A stretch of 59,804 nt of DNA from an uncultured Candidatus Saccharibacteria bacterium (GTDB lineage: Bacteria > Patescibacteriota > UBA1384 > UBA12157 > JAENIV01), in NCBI GenBank assembly GCA_964479405.1, contig CAYZMA010000001.1, positions 1-59,804 of the forward strand, read 5' to 3'. Shown here one piece after another: positions 54,050 through 59,804 of the stretch. Below the pieces are notes generated by a model. The model searched no databases and was not told the origin of the DNA. It saw only the letters and a program-made list of their open reading frames with translations. A program made the translations under genes and the position numbers. Numbering within the stretch: the stretch's first letter is position 1; the number at the start of each line of letters is the position of its first letter.

Positions 54050-55117
54050 ATGCAACAAACTTTAGATCCTGGGATGAAGAAACTTTTAGATGTGGCAATT
54101 GAACACAAAGCGTCCGATCTCCATTTGACCATCGGTGTTCCGCCAATTCTACGAATTGACGGCCGGCTTTCACCAGTGCCGGGCGAAGGTCCTTTAACAG
54201 CTGAAAGTGTTACACGGCTCATTCAATCTTTTATGACCCCGGAACAACTGGAGCACATAAAAACTCAAAAAGAACTTGATTTTTCCTTTGGCTATCACGA
54301 TACTCGTTTTAGAACCAATGTCTATTTTCAAAAAGGCAATTACGCCGCTTCCTTACGTTTCATTCCTAAATTGATTAAAAGTCTGACCGAATTAAATTTG
54401 CCTCCAATTTTGGAAAAATTCACTGTCCCAAGCCAGGGATTTTTAATTATCACCGGTCCAACTGGGCACGGCAAGTCAACCACACTGGCGGCAATGGTTG
54501 ATTCTATCAACGAGTCAAGAAGCGAACATATTGTTACCATTGAAGACCCGATTGAATATGTTTTTGAACATAAAAAATCAATTATTTCTCAAAGAGAAGT
54601 TGGTTCGGACACGAATTCTTTTTCGCATGCTCTTCGCTCTGCCCTTCGTGAGGACCCCAATGTTATTCTGATCGGCGAAATGCGCGATCTGGAAACTATT
54701 GACGCCGCTTTGACTTTGGCGGAAACGGGGCATTTAGTTTTTACCACTTTGCATACCAATTCAGCGGCGCAAACGGCCGATAGAATTATTAATGTTTTTC
54801 CGCCTCATCAACAACAGCAAGTCAGAATGCAATTAGCCAATGTCTTGTTGGGGGTTGTTTCTCAAAGACTTCTTCCTAAAACTTCCGGTGGCAGAACCGT
54901 TGCTTGCGAAATTATGATTGCCAATTCGGCTGTCAGATCGGTAATTAGAGAAGGAAAAACCCACCAACTGCCGAACATTATCCAAACTTCGGCATCAGAA
55001 GGGATGATTTCCATGGATAAAGTTTTAGCCGAATTAGTTTCTAAAGGTGAAATTACGATTGACAATGCTTTAGCTTGGGCCATGGATCCTAAAGCGTTTA
55101 AAATGATGGTGTATTAA
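54050..55117 (+). CDS. pilT: Type IV pilus retraction ATPase PilT
   Basis: ASDLHL, GPTGHGKSTT, ILIGEMRD, GHLVFTTLHTN. Confidence 0.92.
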   Translation: MQQTLDPGMKKLLDVAIEHKASDLHLTIGVPPILRIDGRLSPVPGEGPLTAESVTRLIQSFMTPEQLEHIKTQKELDFSFGYHDTRFRTNVYFQKGNYAASLRFIPKLIKSLTELNLPPILEKFTVPSQGFLIITGPTGHGKSTTLAAMVDSINESRSEHIVTIEDPIEYVFEHKKSIISQREVGSDTNSFSHALRSALREDPNVILIGEMRDLETIDAALTLAETGHLVFTTLHTNSAAQTADRIINVFPPHQQQQVRMQLANVLLGVVSQRLLPKTSGGRTVACEIMIANSAVRSVIREGKTHQLPNIIQTSASEGMISMDKVLAELVSKGEITIDNALAWAMDPKAFKMMVY

Positions 55118-55126
55118 AAAATGACC

Positions 55127-55250
55127 AATTTCTAATTAACCTAATTTCTAAATAAATTCTAATTCATAAAATCCCAAATTTTTAGTCATTAGGTAATTAG
55201 ACATTATTTAGGTTAATTAGTATAATTAGAATAATTAGAAATTTATTTTA
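55127..55250. repeat. AT-rich repeat of about 125 nt upstream of pilin gene 1 (copy A)
   Basis: Shares the blocks AATTTCTAATT, AACCTAATTTCTAA, TTAGTCATTAG, TTAGACATTATTTAG and ATAATTAG, in the same order, with 57164-57295. Confidence 0.7.
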
Positions 55251-55293
55251 TATTGTGTTATTATTAAACTAAGCAATAATTTAAGGAGGATTT

Positions 55294-56055
55294 ATGACAA
55301 AAACTATTCGCAGGGGTTTTACTCTTATTGAACTTTTGGTCGTCATCGCCATCATTGGTATTTTAGCGGCAATGATCTTGGTTGCCTTAGGTAGCGCTCG
55401 TCAAAAGGCAAGGGCGGCTTCCGGCAAAGCTTCACTTTCCAGCGTCGCCGGCGCTTTAACTTTGTGCTTAAACGATGGGGGATTAGTCCAAATTCCTACT
55501 GGAGCAACAAGCTTTCCTCAATTGGGAACAGAAGGTGGCTCTATCTGTAGAAAAAATCTGGTGGATGGGACTGAAAGATATCCTAAATTACCTATTGGTA
55601 ATCCTGGTTGGGTTTGGACCGGGTTAGAAGGTGCAAATAATAGTGATTCCGTTGTTATTACGGCTTCGTGTTCAGATACATTCTGCGGGTCAAATATTTT
55701 TTCCTCTACTAAAGTTAGTGGTTCTACTTTTTCGTCTACTCAATCGTCTGCGCTATCTATGAATTATTTTTCACCAAATCGAAACATAAATAATGCTCCC
55801 GGTGGTAATGTTTCTCCAGTAACTTTTATTCTTAAGTTTAATACTACTCCTAATACACCACCGACCTGTCCAGCTAGTATTGGTAGTACTCCATTACCCA
55901 CGGTTACATTTTCTAAAGATCCTATGACGCCTACTTATACTTGTAGCTACGCTGCTGATTTTACTACTGTTCCTGATGGTGACTATACTGTTACAATGTC
56001 TGGCTCAACTGCTTCTTCAACTGCTTCCTATTCGTGGAATTTACATATTCAATAA
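55294..56055 (+). CDS. Type IV pilin (prepilin-type N-terminal cleavage/methylation domain)
   Basis: MTKTIRRG|[21 protein letters not shown] class III signal, followed by a Ser/Thr-rich globular part. Confidence 0.85.
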   Translation: MTKTIRRGFTLIELLVVIAIIGILAAMILVALGSARQKARAASGKASLSSVAGALTLCLNDGGLVQIPTGATSFPQLGTEGGSICRKNLVDGTERYPKLPIGNPGWVWTGLEGANNSDSVVITASCSDTFCGSNIFSSTKVSGSTFSSTQSSALSMNYFSPNRNINNAPGGNVSPVTFILKFNTTPNTPPTCPASIGSTPLPTVTFSKDPMTPTYTCSYAADFTTVPDGDYTVTMSGSTASSTASYSWNLHIQ

Positions 56056-56081
56056 AACTAATCAAATCACAAGGAGAGGGA

Positions 56082-57149
56082 TTGAAAAATATTAACATTA
56101 CAATTTTTACAAAGGTTAAAAATAAAGAAAAAGTTTTCTTTACTCGTCAACTAGCCGTCATGATCTCGGCTGGGCTGGCTTTAGACAACTGTATCCGTTT
56201 GCTACGAATGCAGACCAAAAATCCGGTTTTTCAGAAAATTTTAGACAAAATTTATCAAGACATCTTGGCTGGCAAAACTCTCTCGGAATCTTTGGCGCAA
56301 TTTCCAAAAACTTTTGACAACTTTTTTGTTGCCGTTGTTCGCTCCGGTGAAACTTTAGGCAAACTTGATATGGTCCTAAACCATTTAGCCGAACAAATGG
56401 AGCTTTTTCAAAGTTTTTCCAGCAAAATAAAATCCGCTTTAGCTTATCCAATCTTTATTATTGTGGCGATGGTGGCAACGGTAGTGGTGATGATGGTCAA
56501 AGTTGTCCCGACTCTGAAGACTGTTTTTGCCGATGCCGGCGCCGAATTGCCATTTGCTACCCGGGTAGTAATGGCTTCTTCTGACTTTCTGGTTCTCTAT
56601 TGGTGGTTGCTTTTAATTATTTTGGTAGTTTTAAGTATGGGTATTTACTTATTTTTTCGTTATGTTGAGAAAGGTCGTCTTTGGTGGGACACCATTAGAC
56701 TTAAAACTCCTCTTGTTAATTTTGTTTCCTACGATGTCTATATGGCTCGTTTTTCCCGCACCATGGGCATGCTCATTCAATCCGGCGTGCCGGTTATTGA
56801 GTCCATCAGAATTACCATGGCGGTAATGAACAACCGTATTTACACAAAAATCTTGAAAAATGTTATACTGCAAGTAGAGCGGGGAATTCCCATGTCTGTG
56901 CCTCTGGAAAAGGAAAAAGATTTTACCATCTTGACCACTCAGATGATTATGATTGGCGAGCAAACCGGCAAACTGGAAATGCTTCTTAACAAAGTCGCCG
57001 AGTATTATGAACAAGAAACCGATATTAAAATTAAAACCATCGCCAGCCTTATAGAGCCTGTCACAATCGTCATAATCGGTATCGGCGTTGGCTTTATTCT
57101 GTATTCCATTCTGTATCCAATCTACAGTTTGACGAGTGTTATTAAATAG
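56082..57149 (+). CDS. pilC: Type IV pilus platform protein PilC (GspF family)
   Basis: Two GspF-like repeats (FTRQLAVMISAGLAL..., FSRTMGMLIQSGVP...). AAGGAG then TTG 56082 preferred over the overlapping ATG 56034. Confidence 0.88.
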   Translation: MKNINITIFTKVKNKEKVFFTRQLAVMISAGLALDNCIRLLRMQTKNPVFQKILDKIYQDILAGKTLSESLAQFPKTFDNFFVAVVRSGETLGKLDMVLNHLAEQMELFQSFSSKIKSALAYPIFIIVAMVATVVVMMVKVVPTLKTVFADAGAELPFATRVVMASSDFLVLYWWLLLIILVVLSMGIYLFFRYVEKGRLWWDTIRLKTPLVNFVSYDVYMARFSRTMGMLIQSGVPVIESIRITMAVMNNRIYTKILKNVILQVERGIPMSVPLEKEKDFTILTTQMIMIGEQTGKLEMLLNKVAEYYEQETDIKIKTIASLIEPVTIVIIGIGVGFILYSILYPIYSLTSVIK

Positions 57150-57163
57150 CAAAGCTATTTGAA

Positions 57164-57295
57164 AATTTCTAATTATACTAATTAACCTAATTTCTAATTA
57201 AGCACCAATTAAGAAAAATCCTAAAAATTAGTCATTAGAAGTTTAGACATTATTTAGATCAATTAGAGTAATTAGGATAATTAGGTTAATTTAAA
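57164..57295. repeat. AT-rich repeat upstream of pilin gene 2 (copy B)
   Basis: See copy A. Roughly four-fifths identity by eye. Confidence 0.7.
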
Positions 57296-57392
57296 AAATT
57301 ACTTCGTAATTTTGATAGGATTAGTCTTTCTTCCGTTCACGCGGAAGCGGTCGATCTAATCTAGAAATAATTATTTAAAAAAGGAGATTTTT

Positions 57393-57860
57393 ATGCGAAA
57401 TGAAATGAAGTCCACCGTAGCTTTACGCGAAGGTGGAAGAATGAAAAAAGGTTTCACCCTTATTGAGCTTTTGGTCGTCATCGCCATCATCGGTATTTTG
57501 GCAGCAATGATTTTGGTAGCCTTAGGTAGCGCGAGAATAAAAGCTCGTGACGCAGCTTTTAAGGGGTCAGTATCATCTGTCTCAGCGGGGTTTGCGATGT
57601 GTCTAGACGAAGATACCCCTTCAGTAAGCGTTCCAACGGCGGCAATTGGAGGCACTGCGATTTGTTCTACCCAAACCACTCTTTACCCAACATCAACATC
57701 AGCATCTATATGGTCATGGGCAACAACAGTTTGGGGTACTGCTGGTAATCCTGGGTCAGCCACTAATCCAAAAGTTATCGCAACCTGTCAAACAGGTCAG
57801 TGTGTTTCGGGGACCACACGGGTTGCAACTTGTGATTCGTCTGGATGTACCTTCCTGTAA
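57393..57860 (+). CDS. Type IV pilin, second copy; alternative start at 57441 gives a canonical MKKG|FTLIE leader
   Basis: [33 protein letters not shown] sites precede both ATG 57393 (AAGGAG) and ATG 57441 (GAAGGTGG). Confidence 0.85.
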   Translation: MRNEMKSTVALREGGRMKKGFTLIELLVVIAIIGILAAMILVALGSARIKARDAAFKGSVSSVSAGFAMCLDEDTPSVSVPTAAIGGTAICSTQTTLYPTSTSASIWSWATTVWGTAGNPGSATNPKVIATCQTGQCVSGTTRVATCDSSGCTFL

Positions 57861-57861
57861 T

Positions 57862-58023
57862 TTCAAGCAGATCACCTCTCGTGGAATTTTCAGTTCTGTA
57901 TGTTTGGATGGTTGACAAAGTGGCTGTGGCGTACGCCCCGCTTTGTCTAAGGTATCTCTGGTATCTCTAATTATCCATTCATCTATTCTTCTATTCATCA
58001 GATTCCGAGGGGTGATTCCTTGA
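57862..58023. repeat. Inverted-repeat element TTCAAGCAGATCACCTCTC ... GAGGGGTGATTCCTTGA enclosing about 125 nt
   Basis: The same arms form a compact hairpin at 59044-59100. Confidence 0.7.
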
Positions 58024-58064
58024 GGAAAATTGATTAAATTATCAAAATGAGGTATAATTAAGAT

Positions 58065-58343
58065 ATGAATACATTACCCGTATCATTAAAACCAATGTTT
58101 TGGTCTTATGATTTTACTAAATTGAATTCCGATAAGGACAAGCAAAGAATTATTATAAATATTATAAATTATGGCAAGTGGAAAGATTGGCAATGGCTGG
58201 TTGATTGTTATGGAAAAGATGAAGTCAAGAAAAACATAGAAACAATCCAAGCTACCGAATTCCGGCCGGAAGCATTAAAACTAATTTCCCTTTTGCTTGA
58301 CATTAGGAAATTTAATTATGCACTTAGAGGTTCTGGGCGATAA
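58065..58343 (+). CDS. Hypothetical small protein, possible cognate antitoxin of the downstream NTase
   Basis: 92-aa ORF overlapping the AbiEii-like gene by 26 nt. No family recognised. Confidence 0.4.
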   Translation: MNTLPVSLKPMFWSYDFTKLNSDKDKQRIIINIINYGKWKDWQWLVDCYGKDEVKKNIETIQATEFRPEALKLISLLLDIRKFNYALRGSGR

Positions 58344-58938
58344 AGCCAAAGAAATTTTTAAAAAACTGAAACATTTTCCGAATTTCTATTTAGTTGGAGG
58401 TACTGCTTTAGCGCTACAAATAGGTCATCGTATTTCAGTTGATTTTGATTTATTTAATAGTGAAAATATTCCAAGGAGTTTGTATCTCAAAGTAGAGAAA
58501 ATTTTTAAAGAAAATAAAATTGATATTATTGTTAATAATGCTGAAAATTTAACAATTTTAGTTGATGGTGTACAATTAACTTTTTTCAATTATCCATTTG
58601 AGGTAATTTCACCATTTATTATTTTCCAAGATGTGAAAATTTTACCGGTTGTGGAGCTTGGAGCTTTAAAAGTGTACGCTTTAGGTCGCCGGGCAACTTT
58701 TAAAGACTATGTTGATTTGTATTATATTTTAAATAAAAAACTAGTTTCTTTAGTTGAAATCACTGACTTAGCAGAAAGGAAATATAAAGATAAATTTGAT
58801 AAGCGTCTTTTTTTAGAGCAACTAATTTATTTAGAAGATATTAAAGACACTGAAATTAAATTTTTAGGAAGTACAATCACTAAAAAAGAAATGATAGAAT
58901 TTTTTACTGGGTTGGTAAAAGAAGTAAAGTTGTACTAA
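58318..58938 (+). CDS. Nucleotidyltransferase AbiEii/AbiGii-like toxin family protein
   Basis: FYLVGGTALALQIGHRISVDFDLF motif. Confidence 0.6.
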   Translation: MHLEVLGDKAKEIFKKLKHFPNFYLVGGTALALQIGHRISVDFDLFNSENIPRSLYLKVEKIFKENKIDIIVNNAENLTILVDGVQLTFFNYPFEVISPFIIFQDVKILPVVELGALKVYALGRRATFKDYVDLYYILNKKLVSLVEITDLAERKYKDKFDKRLFLEQLIYLEDIKDTEIKFLGSTITKKEMIEFFTGLVKEVKLY

Positions 58939-58957
58939 AATTAAAAAATTTCAAAAA

Positions 58958-59189
58958 GAAAACTTCAAGCAATCTGACACGAATGTCATTGCGAGCTCCG
59001 CCAGCTGGCGGAGAAGCAATCTTTCGTCCTGTAGACGGAAAACTTCAAGCAGATCACCTCTCTACACTAATGGCATATGCCTAGAGGGGTGATCCCTTGA
59101 TTATTTTTCTCTTATTTACTTGTCATTGCGAGTGTCAGCGAAGCAATCTTTCTAATAGATTGCCACGGCTACCCAGCCTCGCAATGACA
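58958..59189. repeat. Cluster of nested short palindromic repeats
   Basis: GAAAACTTCAAGCA occurs twice (58958, 59038). TGTCATTGCGAG occurs twice (58984, 59121), the second pairing with CTCGCAATGACA at 59178. Also CTCCGCCAGCTGGCGGAG and the hairpin at 59044-59100. Confidence 0.75.
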
Positions 59190-59239
59190 AACCCCTCTAA
59201 CCATCTACATCCCACTTCCAAGGTGGGCTTTTCTGCAGG

Positions 59240-59470
59240 TTAATTTCTTAAGAGTTCTATGAGTTCTTGATTGGTAATTCCCACCTTTTTTAAAATATTA
59301 TTTAAAGTTCCGGGACGAATAATTTTATGGTTTGGAATAATAATAGTTTGTTTTATGGGTGATAATTTCCTTAGTTTAATATGGCTACCTTTTTGACTAA
59401 TAAAAATAAATCCTCGTTTATTAAGGAATTTAATGAGGTCTTTAGCTGATACGCGAGGTATTTTAGTCAT
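59240..59470 (-). CDS. hicA: HicA-family mRNA interferase toxin
   Basis: SAKDLIKFLNKRGF.....KGSH.KL.........IIP.H..I.PGTLNNILKKVGI. Confidence 0.8.
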   Translation of the reverse strand: MTKIPRVSAKDLIKFLNKRGFIFISQKGSHIKLRKLSPIKQTIIIPNHKIIRPGTLNNILKKVGITNQELIELLRN

Positions 59471-59479
59471 TAAAATCTT

Positions 59480-59695
59480 TCATTTTCTTACTTCCATAGG
59501 AACAAAAAATTCTTTTACTGATTCATTAGGTAAATCCTCGTCTTCTAAATACAATTCAACGGCTTCATGAATGTTTTTTGAAGCTTCTTCAAAATTATCA
59601 CCTTGAGAGAAACAACCGGGAAGAGATGGCACAGAAACTGAATATCCGCCATCTTGCTCTTGTTCAAAGAGAACCGCTAAATTTTTGACTTTCAT
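59480..59695 (-). CDS. hicB: HicB-family antitoxin (UPF0150)
   Basis: GGYSVSVPSLPGCFSQGDNFEEASKNIHEAVELYLE. GGAG SD site before ATG at 59695. Confidence 0.8.
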   Translation of the reverse strand: MKVKNLAVLFEQEQDGGYSVSVPSLPGCFSQGDNFEEASKNIHEAVELYLEDEDLPNESVKEFFVPMEVRK

Positions 59696-59804
59696 ATTTT
59701 TCTCCAATCTATCTCTATTATATTCCAAAATTAATAAATGTCAAAACTCAGTCTGAGGCCGTTGAATAATAAGGCATTTTATTTGTCCTGATGACAAGGT
59801 ATAA

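Noticed and set aside
56649-57152. 167-aa minus-strand ORF.
   Set aside because: It is antisense to pilC, which has clear GspF-family similarity.
1-59804. Alternative genetic code (UGA recoding, as in some CPR lineages).
   Set aside because: Conserved genes read full-length with the standard code, and TGA is used as an apparent stop (for example pgeF at 18260-18262 and murC at 25020-25022).
1-59804. CRISPR arrays, rRNA genes and prophage structural modules.
   Set aside because: No regularly spaced direct repeats with unique spacers were seen by eye, nor any rRNA-like or capsid/terminase-like sequences. An exhaustive computational scan was not possible.

Overview
This is an AT-rich bacterial window. 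Hand counts on a few 60-nt lines give about 32-38% G+C. Gene content suggests a reduced, Patescibacteria/CPR-like organism, but that placement is inference only: streamlined cell-wall genes, type IV pilus genes, many toxin-antitoxin pairs, very short ribosomal proteins and many orphan envelope proteins.

Left half (337-26813): a division/cell-wall (dcw) cluster in the order mraZ-rsmH-ftsL-ftsI ... murF-mraY ... pgeF-murD-ftsW-murG ... murC-murB-ftsQ. Accessory genes interrupt it repeatedly:
- a 624-aa GHMP-kinase-like protein on the opposite strand
- an intact IS30 element
- a GC-rich three-gene cassette of unknown function (membrane coiled-coil protein, orphan protein, vWA lipoprotein)
- a 1608-aa surface protein with HExxH and FN3-like repeats
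- a small nucleoside-deoxyribosyltransferase-like protein
- a GT39 mannosyltransferase-like protein
No murE, ddl, ftsA or ftsZ is seen at the usual positions.

Middle (26.8-49.6 kb): RhuM-like protein, recJ, radA, a class A PBP, tyrS, a PaaX-like regulator flanked by a repeated 26-nt palindrome-containing motif, argS, and an isolated GC-rich purD. It also holds a probable RNase P RNA, an HUH/Y1 (RAYT-like) gene bracketed by REP-like repeats next to tRNA-Pro, rpmB, holB, ricT, and a tRNA-Tyr/Thr/Thr-rpmG-tRNA-Trp cluster. That cluster contains a truncated tRNA-Thr 5' copy split by tandem hairpins.

Right end (49.6-59.8 kb): toxin-antitoxin pairs (HicAB-like x2, RHH/PIN, AbiEii-like) flank a pilB-pilT-pilin-pilC-pilin operon. 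Its two pilin genes carry duplicated upstream elements. Several families of short palindromic repeats also occur here.

No CRISPR array and no rRNA were seen.

The best candidate for an undescribed module is the GC-rich cassette at 6.9-10.4 kb. I cannot assign it a function from sequence alone.
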